Below are positions 26,530 through 39,079 of a DNA stretch of 64,000 bases, piece by piece (positions within the stretch are counted from its first letter, which is position 1; each line of letters begins with the position of its first letter). A program made the translations under genes and the position numbers. The stretch is from Eledone cirrhosa (lineage: Eukaryota). The stretch spans positions 367,474,001 through 367,538,000 of the forward strand of contig OZ024741.1 in assembly GCA_964016885.1 (NCBI GenBank). Reading direction: 5' to 3'. A model generated the notes under the pieces. The model was not told the origin of the DNA. It saw only the letters and a list, made by a program, of their open reading frames with translations, and made no database searches.

Positions 26530-28290
26530 ATTGGTGTAATTGCCGTTAAAGTGTTGAACAAAATGTGGTATTGAGAGTTACAGCCTTTTACTATCTGAGT
26601 TCAAATCCCGCCGAGGTTAGGTTTGCCTTTCATCTTTACGGGGTCGATAAAATAAAGTACCAGTAATGTACTGGTGTCGATTTAATCGACTTTCCTCATC
26701 CCCACAATTGTTGACCTTGTGCCTAGATAAGAAACCATTGTTTGTATATTGGTAGATTGGCAGTATCAGTAGAGCGTTGGACAACATGCTTCGTAGCGTA
26801 GAGTTACGGCTCTTTACGTTCTGAGTTCAAATCCCATCGAGATTAACTTTGCCTTTCATCCTTATGGGGTCGATAAAATAAAGTACCAGTAATGCACTGT
26901 GTGTGTGACAGCTCACACCTATGCAGATTTAGCTGGCCTCCTCCAAGGTATATCTCGTCGGAGGTGTCTTGGGTAATTTAATGATAGGGACCCCAACCTT
27001 ATCATCTCATTTCTACAGCTGAGTAAACTGGGGCAACGTGAAATAAAGTGCCTTGCTCAAGGAAACAACACATCACCCGGTCTGAGAATTGAACTCACAA
27101 CCTTTCCATGGCAAGCCCAATGCTCTAACCACTCAGCCATGCGCCTTCACAGTAATGCACTAGTCTCGATTTAATCGACTTCACTCTTCCCCACAATTGT
27201 TGGCCTTGTCCTTATGTCAGAACCGATATTTACTGCGGTGGCCTACGTTCTGAGTTCGAATCGCGCCATCAATGTCAACTTCGTCTTTCATCTTTCCGGG
27301 GGTCTATAAATTAAATGGTAGGAGCTGTCAGTCACACTGTTGCATATGCCTCCAAACATAGACTAAAAGAACTGATAAAGGTTTCTGATTTAGGGGAAAG
27401 TCGATTAAATCGACCCTAGTGCGTTACTGGTACTTTATTTTATCGACCCCCGTTCGGGTGAAAGGCTAAGCTAACCTAAGCGAGATTGGAATTCAGAACG
27501 TAAAGGGTCGTAACTCTATACCGCAAACCATGTTGTCCAACGCTCTACCTTTACTGCCAATCCACCACCCTTTATGGATCCAAAATAACAAAAATTCATG
27601 AAAATGATTCAATTAGAACATAATCGTTCACATTTGATTGGAATTCAGAATGTAAAGGGACGTAACGCTATGCCTCCAAACAGTCTACAAAAAATAATAA
27701 TAAAAGCTCTCAGACCGTCTCACCAACATATCTTTAAACTCACAGACATTGTTTCAAACAGAAACCTTTACAACCTTAATTTGTAGGGGAAAAAAAAGAT
27801 AGGGTGAAAATATCCAGTTAAATGACAAAAACTATACAAATAATTATTGTTTCTACATTTGGCACAAGGCCAGCAATTTGAAGGGAAGGACAAAGTCGAT
27901 TAAATCAACCCAGTGCGTTACTGGTACTTTATTTTATCGACCCCATATGAATAAAAGGCAATGTTAACCACGGCGGGATTTGAACTCAGAACGTAAAACG
28001 CCATAACTCTATGCTGCGAAGCATGTTGTCCTACGCTCTACTAATACTGCCAATCGACCAATATACAAACAATGGTTTCTTATATAGGCACAAAGCCAGC
28101 AATTTGGGGGTAGGGGAAAGTCGATTAAATCGACTCCAGTACGTGACTGGTACTTTATTTTATCGACCCCGTAAGGATGAAAGGCAAAGCTAATCTCGGC
28201 GGGGTTTGAACTCAGATCATAAAGGGCCATAACTCTATGCTGCAAAGCATGGCGTCTGACCCTTTACCGACACTGCCAATCCACCTCCCT
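26530..28290. mobile_element. Cluster of family A SINEs (plus copies 26530-27230, minus copies 27380-28290)
   Basis: The core tactggtactttattttatcgacccc and its reverse complement are repeated. Confidence 0.85.
26899..27149 (-). mobile_element. tRNA-derived SINE family B inserted into a family A SINE
   Basis: Minus strand reads ggcgcatggctgagtggttagagc...gagttcaattc...ccttgagcaaggcactttatttcacgttgc. It is flanked by a 12-bp TSD, cagtaatgcact. Relatives lie at 28330-28590, 29580-29850, 46710-46950 and 53860-53960. Confidence 0.8.
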
Positions 28291-28864
28291 CACCAATATA
28301 CAAACAATAATGAGTTCGTGGAACAGTAAGTTGCTGGACTTTCTTCAGTTACGACGATGAATGTTCCAGTTGTTCAAACAACAGAACAGCTTACTCGTGA
28401 AATTAACGTGCAAATGGCTGAGCGTTCCACAGACACGTGTACCCATAACGTTGTTCCAAGAAGAGGAGGTGGGGTATTCAGCGTGACATATTGTGTGACA
28501 AGGCTAGCTCTTTGAATTTACGGATACAACTCACTTTTGCTCGCTGAGTGGACTGGAGCAACATGAAATAAAGTGTCTTGCTCAAGAACACATCGATGAA
28601 ATATGTCAAGTGATAGTAGTAAGAGTCTCATCATCATCATCATCTAGTAAGTCGGACGTCACGTAGTGGCTCCCTATTTAACTCAGAAGTCCAAAAGTTA
28701 TTGCTGCAGTTATTGTTGCTGCTGATACTGCTGCTGCTGCTGATACTGTGTAACATTTTGTCAAGTACTTCCCAAACTTTATTGGTATTTGGTGTGACCT
28801 TTATGAGGGGCTGAAGGTCAATGAAATAGGAAATGTCATCCACTGACATGAAATCTATCTATCT

Positions 28865-28922
28865 GTGGCTAATAAAGAAATTTATCTATCTATCTATCTA
28901 TCTATCTATATATCTATCTATA

Positions 28923-28997
<75 letters not shown>

Positions 28998-29110
28998 ATA
29001 TCTATCTATTAGTCTGTCTGTCTGTCTGTTTATTTATCTATCAATCTGTCAGTCTATTTATCAGTTTCCCTATTTGTCTGTCTATGTATCTATTTATGTC
29101 TACATCTATA

Positions 29111-29141
<31 letters not shown>

Positions 29142-29285
29142 TTATCTGTCTGTCTGTCTGTCTATTTTATATATAGTTTATTAATGTTAAAGTTATATGA
29201 TTTCTATGTAAAACCCCCACCGCCATGTCCCATTTGTTGTACGCCCTTGTGGCAAATAAAGAAAGATATCTATCTATCTATCTAC
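28865..29285 (+). mobile_element. Two 3'-end stubs of the Tx1-like LINE family within (TATC)/(TCTG) repeats
   Basis: gtggctaataaagaaa (28865) and gcccttgtggcaaataaagaaa (~29243) match the 3' terminus of the element at 38850. Confidence 0.7.
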
Positions 29286-29424
29286 CTATTTCGTGTCATT
29301 GTAATCTTTTCCGTTTGTTATCTATAGTAAACTCAGAATACGTTCGCGCTAACTTCCATTAACTTCCTACATGTTCTCCTTCTCTTTTGTCTAACGACAC
29401 CGCTTCTTCCGTTTGGATGCTTAA

Positions 29425-29495
<71 letters not shown>

Positions 29496-29934
29496 CGCTG
29501 TATTTCAAAGTTTTGTGAACTATTACGGGGAGCGTAATTAACTATCAACAAATACAGAATTTACATACCCTTTCTTAAAACAGCATGGCCTAATGGTTAA
29601 GATGGTTTACTTATGATCATAATGTCGATTCGATTCCTGGACAGAATGCTGCGTTGTGTTCTTGAGCAAAACATTTTATTTTACGTTGCTCCAGTACACT
29701 CAGCTGAAATGAGTACTAGCAGTAGCTGGGGAGTTAATCCTGCGATAGACTGGCGTCCTGTCCAGGTATAGTTTTGTACTCTCAGATGCTTACCGCCAAG
29801 GAGAGCGGGGATAAGCACCGGCCAGATGAGCCTTTGGCCTAGAACAGACTTTAGCTCTTATAACCCAATCCGTTCCCATTTGACTCTTTCGTTACCACAT
29901 TTCTAATTAAAAACACTAAAAATATTTAAGAACC

Positions 29935-30097
29935 AGGAAGCGGACCCAGGGGTAGACCCGAGCAAGATGGTTGATAAAATACATAAGCTCTGCTGGTCTC
30001 GCTTGGGGATCCAGCCAGATCAATTGGAGATGCTTGCTTTTGACGGAACTTGCTGGAAGAAGAAGAAGAAGAAGAAGAAGAAGAAGAAGAAGAAGAA
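29935..30097 (+). mobile_element. RTE-clade LINE 3' stub with (GAA)n tail
   Basis: Similar to 55040-55310 (gacccaggggtagac...gagcaagatggttg...ggatccagcc.gatca.ttggaga). Confidence 0.65.
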
Positions 30098-30414
30098 ACT
30101 GTAGTGGGATAAAAATGTTGAAATGCCAGAGTGGGCCCCGAATATTTGAAAGCCTAGGAATGAGCCCGCATGTGGGTTAACACAGCCTTGAGAACAACAA
30201 CAGTAGGAGCAGCAGCACCAGTACTTCCTCTTCCTGTTACTCCTAAGTTTCTCCCCCTTCAACGACCTTCCTATCTCAGTAAATTATGTCACGTAAACTG
30301 TAAATGTAAAAGTTAATTCATTTCAAGTCTTTCTGAAGCGTATGCAAGTGTTAGACATTGAGCTAATATGTATATGCCTACGAGACCTGGGTCACATATC
30401 GACACCACCTTAAA

Positions 30415-31312
30415 CAATTGGAGCGTTTCCATCAGATGTGTCTCAGACGGATCCATGGCGTTCACTGGAGGGACCACATCAGTGATGTCGAGATTTTGGG
30501 AAGCTCTCTGTGTGACAGTATAGAAGCTCTTGTGCTTAAGCAAAGACTCCGTTGGAGTGGTCACCTTGCCAGAATGAAGGATTCTAGAATACCAAAATAA
30601 CTCTTTTATGGAGAGTTAGTTAAAGGAAAACGACCTCCGCATAAACCAAAAAAGAGGTATAAGGATTTGTTGAAAGCCTCCTTGAAAGACGCTAACATCT
30701 CTGCTGATACATGGGAAAGCGAGGCTGCTGATCGTAATAAATGGAGAAAGACTATACATAAGGGGGAAGTTGCCTTTGAGGCATCTCGAATCGCATACGA
30801 GTAAGTGTGAGGAAGGTGTGAGGAAGGGCATTACTGTTACATTTCCAGACAGCGAAGGTCCTCCTATGGCGCTGACATGCAGCGTCTGTGCGAGACTCCG
30901 CCTCAAAGTTGGACTCGAAAGTCCTCTTCGCAGTAATAAAGTGAGACCAGCAGTTGACTACCAGGCTGCTGTTGGAGATGCTACTCATCATGCCTACCAA
31001 GCATGTGATAGAGAATGTAAATCAGCAGGAGGGCTCAAACGACATGCAAAAGTACATGAACTCCAACGAAAGCTGGCTATTGCCAGTGAATGTTTTAGTT
31101 GCCAACTCTGTGCAAGACATTTTAGATCATTGGCTGAGCTAAAAAGCCACATTCGATCACAACACTGTTAATTGTTATCGTGTGTGTGTGTATATGTGTG
31201 TGTATGTTTGTGTGTCTGTGTGTGTATGTGTGTGTGTGTATATATTATTATTATTGTCGTTATTATTATTTTTTTCGTCCAATGGCCATACTCGACAACG
31301 AGGGGGCAGCCA
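30415..31312 (+). mobile_element. 5'-truncated RTE-clade LINE with C-terminal C2H2 zinc fingers (decayed)
   Basis: Reads LERFHQMCLRRI..W.D.IS..EIL...QRLRWSGHLARM..SRIPK*LFYGEL..GKR....KKRYKD, then CDRECKSAGGLKRHAKVH and CQLCARHFRSLAELKSHIRSQH. It contains stops and frameshifts and ends in an (ATGT)n tail. Confidence 0.85.
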
Positions 31313-31372
31313 CATGTATGCATGTATGTATGTATCTATGTACGTATCTATGTCTGTCTCTCTGTCTGTATG

Positions 31373-31454
<82 letters not shown>

Positions 31455-31813
31455 TGTGTGTGTGTGTGTGTGATAATAATAAAAATATTTTTTCGTAATG
31501 AAACGAAACGGAACGAAACAAAAAAAAAAGTTTATTGTTGTTTATTTTCCTCTGTGAATATATCTCAGAGTTTCCAGTATCTACTGAGAATATCAAACAG
31601 CGCTGTTTCAAGATTTGTTAATCTTTCACCAGTGATTTAAACGCTATCTTAGTGTTACCGCCAATTAAATATAACCAACCAAACTCGCACTATTTGAAAA
31701 TGACCATTTCCAGCCGATGTTTTCTATTTGTTAATGACCTTTAATGATCTTTAGCAAGTGACCACCCTGCAAATTTCTATATAGTCTATTTCATGCCAGT
31801 ACGTTTTGTGTGA

Positions 31814-31862
31814 GTGTCTCTGATGAAAGATTAACAAATCTTGAAACAGCACTGTCTGACAT
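31814..31862 (+). ncRNA. Type I hammerhead ribozyme motif
   Basis: gtgtct CTGATGA aagattaacaaatctt GAAA cagcactg TC tgacat. The inverted copy has palindromic cagcgctg, and the copy at 34390 has lost GAAA and stem III. Confidence 0.7.
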
Positions 31863-32192
31863 TATCAGACCAAACTTCCAACTCTGTGATATATTCACAT
31901 AGGAAAATAAAGAAAAATTAATTTGTTTTCGTTTCGTTACAAAAAATATTTTTCTTTGGTATCGAGGCTACCCGCATGTTTTTTGTATATAAATGTATAA
32001 TATATGTTTATATATGTATGTTTTATAAACACTTTTATTATGCTTAAATGCTGTCTTACTGCTACCGTCAATTAAATATAACAAATCAAACTCCCAATAT
32101 ATGCAAATGACTACTTCCAGCCGATGTTTTCTATTTGCTATATGCAAATGACCATCTTTAGCAAGTGATCATCACGTAAAATTCTTTAGAGA

Positions 32193-32397
32193 CTACGAGA
32201 CCCCCCTTGACCTGTTGGGTCACGTTCACTTCAAAATATTCTTTTTAAATCACGTTCACTTAAAAATAATTTTTAAATAATTAAAATATACACAGACATG
32301 TATATAATGTGAAAGGAAACTGGAAGGCCCATATATATACATGTGTGTGTATGTATATATATATAAATGTGTGTGTGTATATATATATATATATAAA

Positions 32398-32450
<53 letters not shown>

Positions 32451-34047
32451 TATAGAGTAAAGCATGTCCAGAGAATTGTTTGATAATATATATACATCAT
32501 CTCTACTCCCAATCAGCATAATTAACCACACAAAAAATCAATTAGACCAGGCTATAAGAATAAAAGGCATCTATGAAGAAACAGTAAATAAATACGCCAC
32601 AGCAGCGTCTTCGCGTTCCACCGCTATAGAATATTTACCCAACATTTCAACAGCACGTGGAAATTAATTAAATATACGGTCAACCATACATAATTAGGTA
32701 AAAATTAAAGTTAGAAATGCTTATATACATACCAGGATTAAATCACTAAATCACGACCCATGGGTTTCGGTCACATTTTGAGATATCTTATCTATATATA
32801 TAAAACTGTGGTTGTCTGTCTGTCTATCGATTTTTGGCACACATCTCCTCTTAGAATCTCTGACGGAATTGCACCGAAATTGCTATACTTGTACATTGAT
32901 CCCTAGCGAAGACATCGGAAAAAAAATATTTCAAATTGACCCACCCTATGTGACGAAATCGAATATAATGTATCGATTTTTGAGCGTAAGTTATCAGTTA
33001 TTTCCCTTTGTTCTGTTTACATTGAGCGTCTTACGTAAAAAATTACGCTGGCTTTCTCAGCGTTTAAAATGACATTAACACAATACACGAACAGTTGTCG
33101 AGCCAGCAAAATATTGACCTGCAAAATTCATCAGTTCGAACACTAAGCTTCCGTTTTGCTTCATTTCCATTTAAAAGCATTTTAAAACAATATTTTTACT
33201 TGAAAACAAGTCTATTTAAAGACTACGTAAAACAAGCAAATATTTCGTCGTTAGGCGTGCAGACAGACAGTCGTGCAGACAGACAGTCGTGCAGACAGAC
33301 AGTCGTGCAGACAGACAGTCGTGCAGACAGACAGTCGTGCAGAGAGGTGATATAGGCGTGCAGACAGACAGTCGTGCAGAGAGGTGATATAGGCGTGCAG
33401 ACAGATAGTCGTGCAGAGAGGTGATATAGGCGTGCAGACAGACAGTCGTGCAGAGAGGTGATATAGGCGTGCAGACAGACATAACTGATAATTTGGTTAC
33501 GCTAATGTTTTTCTCTGCGTTGCAGCGTTTACATTTTCGATCTTTGTTAATAAATAACCAGTGCAGTTTCTATCCCCAGCATCCTCTTTTGTTATAACAT
33601 TCGGGTTATCGTTATGTTTTCTTAACTTCATAAGGCATATTGTTGGTTGAGGGAATATTAATCAAAAACACCACATGCAAGTCTGCACAGTAGACACTAC
33701 AGTTTTTAAGCCAAAAAAGAAACTTAACATTGTAACTTTAACACAGCTACTGAGCGACCCCGAGCAACGCCGGGCTTTACTGCTAGTTAAAGATAAATCT
33801 CGAGTTTAGAGCTCTTCAGGGGACAAACTCGCTAGGACAGATTATTTTCCGAAGTGGCCCCCGCCAAACACGAATTCAAAATGGTTGAGAACTGTGACGT
33901 GGCAGTGGTCAAGTCAGGAAGGGTGTGATTTGTTGCTTACGGCGAGTACACACAACAACAACACCACTAGCTCTGTTCCACTCTCCTTCTCTCTCTCCTC
34001 TCCCTCTTTCTGTGTCTCTCTTTCAATCTATTCTGTCAAAACCGCTA

Positions 34048-34117
<70 letters not shown>

Positions 34118-34121
34118 CTCT

Positions 34122-34164
<43 letters not shown>

Positions 34165-34357
34165 ATGAAGGTACCCAGAAAAACCTAATATCTCAGGAAC
34201 CCGTGGTCCGATTTACGTGAAACTTGTTTTATTTCATTTGTATTCCCATTTCAGGGTCAACTTCCTTTCAAAGTATTTTCCTATTATGCGCCCTTTTTGG
34301 ATGTATTACATTAGAGACAAGCAAGCAAGCAATCACAGAGTTTTAGTAATATATAGA
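32193..34357 (-). mobile_element. Non-autonomous Helitron (outer)
   Basis: Minus strand starts A|TCtatatattactaaaactctgtgattgcttgcttg and ends with an imperfect GC hairpin and ...cGTAG|T. Removing it rejoins the host repeat unit with no TSD. Confidence 0.6.
32791..33786 (+). mobile_element. Non-autonomous Helitron (inner)
   Basis: 5' A|TCtatatatataaaactgtggttgtctgtctg; 3' hairpin cccgagcaacgccggg followed by CTAG|T. An internal 16/37-bp minisatellite spans 33254-33480. Confidence 0.85.
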
Positions 34358-34662
34358 TAGCCTATTTCATGCCAGTACGTTCTGAATGAGTGTCACTGAC
34401 GAAAGATTAACAAATCTTGTCATTCTCAGAACATACTAGCTACTCAGTGATATGTTCATAGAGGAAAATAGAGAAATTGTTTTCTATTCGTTTCGTTAAG
34501 AAAAAATATTTTTCACCGACAGTGAGGCTACCCATATGTTCATTGTATATAAACATATGTATGTTTATATATGTTTTTCATATACATCTCTATTGCGCTT
34601 AAACAGTGTCTTAGTGCTACCGCCAATTATATATATACAGTATATATATATATATATATACA

Positions 34663-34698
<36 letters not shown>

Positions 34699-34715
34699 CA
34701 TATATTACATATATA

Positions 34716-34782
<67 letters not shown>

Positions 34783-34788
<6 letters not shown>

Positions 34789-36488
34789 ATAAGGGCGCTG
34801 CGGAGTTGCAAATGGGTTACATATGAAAAAAGTTTGTCCTTCATCAGTGATCTTCCAACCATCATAGGCATTTCATCGCTTTAAAGACCATATACCTCCG
34901 TTTGGTGCGAGCAACGGCTAAAAAAAGACGTTGGGATACGTAAATAAAGGAGACGCGAGGGTAAACAAACAAAATGGTGAAGCAACAGAAAGTGAGGAAG
35001 AAAGAGACAAGTCCCAGATTTCTATGAATTTAAATTCGGTGAAATCGTGAACGAGAGAATAAAGACCATCAAACGTGGTTGAAATGTGAGCAAGGAAGGA
35101 ATTTCGCACAGGTCTAACGGGAGGAAGAAGGGGTCTGGTCTGCGAATTCGGTAAACATAAGTTCTGTGAAATCGTAGACGAGAGAGAGAAAAAATTCATA
35201 CCAGCTTGGCCAGCGTGCGGGAGAAAAGAATTACACACAGGTCAAACGGGAAGAAAGAGGAGGAGGAGAGGTAGTGACAGAGAATGAGTGAGTGAAGGGT
35301 GAGAAAGAGGCTAACAGAGAGAGAGAGACTACTAGAAAGGGTAAAGATACATAGAACGAAAAAGACACGTAGCAGCAGAGGAAAGAATATGTGTAAATAT
35401 GAAAATAAGGGCGCTGCGGAGTTGCAAATGGGTTACATATGAAAAAAGTTTGTCCTTCATCAGTGATCTTCCAACCATCATAGGCATTTCATCGCTTTAA
35501 AGACCATATACCTCCGGTTGGTGCGAGCAACGGCTAAAAAAACACGTTGGGACACGTAAATAAAGGGGACGCGAGGGTAAACAAACAAAATGGTGAAGCA
35601 ACAGAAAGTGAGGAAGAAAGAGACAAGTCTCAGATTTCTATGAATTTAAATTCGGTGAAATCGTGAACGAGAGATTAAAGACCATCAAACTTGGTTGAAA
35701 TGTGAGCAAGGAAGGAATTTCGCACAGGTCTAACGGGAAGAAGAAGGGGTCTGGTCTGCGAATTCGGTAAACATAAGTTCTGTGAAATCGCAGACGAGAG
35801 AGAGAAAAAATTCATACCAGCTTGGCCAGCGTGCGGGAGAAAAGAATTACACACAGGTCAAACGGGAAGAAAGAGGAGGAGGAGAGGTAGTGACAGAGAA
35901 TGAGTGAGTGAAGGGCGAAGAAGAGGCTAACAGAGAGAGAGAGACTACTAGAAAGGGTAAAGATACATAGAACGAAAAAGACACGTAGCAGCAGAGGAAA
36001 AAATATGTGTAAATATGAAAATAAGGGTGCTGCGGAGTTGCAAATGTGTTACATATGAAAAAAGTTTTTTTTGTCCTTCATCAGTGATCTTCCAACCATC
36101 ATAGGCATTTCATCGCTTTAAAGACCATATACCTCCGTTTGGTGCGAGCAACGGCTAAAAAAACACGTTGGAACACGTAAATAAAGGAGACGCGAGGGTA
36201 AACAAACAAAATGGTGAAGCAACAGAAAGTGAGGAAGAAAGAGACAAGTCCCAGATTTCTATGAATTTAAATTCGGTGAAATCGTGAACGAGAGAATAAA
36301 GACCATCAAACCTGGTTGAAATGTGAGCAAGGAAGGAATTTCGCACAGGTCTAACGGGCGGAAGAAGGGGTCTGGTCTGCGAATTCGGTAAACATAAGTT
36401 CTGTGAAATCGTAGACGAGAGAGAGAAAACATTCATACCAGCTTGGCCAGCGTGCGGGAGAAAAGAATTACACACAGGTCAAACGGGA
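34783..36488. repeat. Tandem repeat, 616-bp unit x ~2.8, embedded in (TA)n
   Basis: The unit start gaaaataaggg recurs at 34785, 35401 and 36017. A diverged relative lies at 56525-57058. Confidence 0.92.
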
Positions 36489-36680
36489 AATATATATATT
36501 ACATATATTACATATATATGAATATATATATGTGTGTTTGTGAGCATAGACATATTTATAAGCACACACACACATATACATATATATGTATATACATATA
36601 TATATGTGTGTATATATATATATATGAACCTAATACCAAACACTTTTCGTAACTCTACTCCTTATTATTGTTTTTTACTT

Positions 36681-36734
<54 letters not shown>

Positions 36735-37002
36735 TATGTGTGTGTGTGTGTGAACATATACATATTTGTACACAAATATATATAAACAAAAGGAAAACAA
36801 GATACCCAAACATATCTCAATATACATACACACACAAGCAAGCAAACACAACAATAACAAAACATATGACCCACCCCTCTCCGCCAAATCTTGTAAGCCA
36901 CTTTGCGTGAGTTGTCGCGATGCATTATTAGTTGGCCTTGAGTCAGATACGCTCACACACACACACACACGCACGCACGTACACACATACATACACACAT
37001 AC

Positions 37003-37061
<59 letters not shown>

Positions 37062-37955
37062 AACACGTTATGTAGGCGGCTAGCCAAAAGAAGATTATTA
37101 GTGAGGTAACGCTATTAACATATAATCCAAAGCAATTACTATTACAAATATACGATAAGACGGAGGAGTTGGCAGACTCGGTCAAGTGACGAACAAAATA
37201 TCTTGTAAGTAGTTTATTCCTTTAACTTTCTGAGTTCAAATTCCGCCACAGTCGACTTTGTCTTTTGCCCTTACAGACTCGTTAAAATAAAATGCCAGTG
37301 GTTAACAAAATGTTCACTACCCAGAACCCCTGTTTACTTAAATGAATTTTCCCACAGCTTACTATAGTCACTCCCCTCCCAGATTATTATATAGCGAGAA
37401 TAACAATTGGAAGAGAGAAATGTTTATATTTAAAGAAGAATGAATAATCAATAGTGTATGTACATTATAGAAAAACACACCAGCTACGTTGTTGTGGAGT
37501 GAACGCCATCTTGAATTACACTGCCATCTAGCGGATAGAGTCAATTCTGCAAATGAAGAAAGAAATGTTGTGAGTTTATGCAACTGTGGCCACCAATATT
37601 GTAAGAATATTCATTTAAGTTTTCATATTATGAGTATTTGAAATGAAGGAGTGTTTTTGTGGTCACCCTGTATTTTTAAACAAAATAATTGTTTCTACTT
37701 TTGGCACAAGGCCAGCAATTATCCCAATAATAAAATATTTTAACTTAGCTAATGTACCTTTACGGACAACAGGGTCCTACAGACTGTTGGCTGGAAATCA
37801 CTGGAATATATTCTGCATCCCACTGAGTCACACAATTGTGGCTTTGTGCCAATGTTGTATGTCACTATCTATTTACATTCCATTTTAAAGATGAATTTGA
37901 CTTACTTCCTGCCAAGGCCGAAAACATGAAGTAACAGCCATGTAATGGGTTAGAT

Positions 37956-38279
37956 CAGAGGTTCTCAAAATGGACGCTAACGCCGCCCCCTGGGGGGCGT
38001 TGAGAAGGTCCGAGGGGCGCTGGGGCCTAAGGGGTTGGTGGGAGTAGAGATGATATAATAGGTTATTAAATATCAAATGATACATATATATAAATACAGT
38101 AAAATAAAAAATATATAATATTTATTTATACATAGTATATATTGTATTATTTATTATATATAAATTAACATTTTTATTTATTATATATTATTTACAATTT
38201 GCGTGTAGGCAGATCTCTCTGGAAATAGGTCGGGAACGCTGAGAGTATTTCGTGGCCCAAAAAGGTTTGAGAAGCTCTG
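37956..38279. mobile_element. hAT-type MITE
   Basis: TIRs cagaggttctcaaa / tttgagaagctctg with an 8-bp TSD, ggttagat. Confidence 0.88.
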
Positions 38280-39079
38280 GGTTAGATATAATTGACTAGA
38301 GCCTCACTACCCGCTCGAATGTGTAGATTTGAACCTATGTTAGAATCTATTACGGGTTTGTACAACAGCATTAGAAGTGGTAAAGTCTATAGTTAGTTTC
38401 GCCGCCAGTGATTCGGCAGAGCTGTTTAGAATGTCGGATAAGAAGACTTTACGATATTCTTTCCTACTCTCTGTGCACTCTAATTTCAAATCTTGCCGAG
38501 ATCAACTTCGCCTTTCATTCTATCGAGATCGATAAATAAAGTACCAGTCATATACTGAAAACGACTATGTCTCTTTCTCACTTTCTTTATCTTTCTTTCT
38601 CTAGATTACCTTGAGACCATTTAGCAACCTCCATAATTACAGAAAGTATGAAGAAAGATATGGGAACATCCAACTTCTATGAAAGGGAAACACATTTCAG
38701 TACAGTTTCTTCTTTACTATGAATATCTTATCAGAAGTGAAACTGTTTATATTCTATGTTGAAAATAAAGACAGTATCTATTTGTTTATGATAAATTTGT
38801 CTATATATATACATGCATACATACATGCATACATGCATACATACATACATAGATACATTTCTTTATTAGCCACAAGGGCACAAAAGAAGGGGACAAATAC
38901 AAATGGGGAGTTTACATACAGGTATATGAAAATAAAACTATTAATACAATAACAAATAACAATTGAAATCCCCAATAGAGGGAGGTGTTACACAGGGGTT
39001 GTACACACCCCGAAAAAATGTACAACCCTCATCTCCAGGAGCACCAAGAGTGAATACTCTCTTCCTCTTTTTCCTCAAC

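Larger units (their letters stand above)
31480..34630 (+). mobile_element. Non-coding hammerhead-bearing element: inverted 5' arm plus ~405-bp tandem units, interrupted by Helitrons
   Basis: 31480-31635 is the reverse complement of ~31818-31955. The unit start recurs at ~31640, ~32045 and ~34600. Unit 2 breaks at 32192 and resumes at 34358. Confidence 0.7.

Noticed and set aside
34918-36475. Repeated 106-aa minus-strand ORF in the 616-bp unit
   Set aside because: It has no recognisable domain or ATG start and is interrupted in the middle copy.
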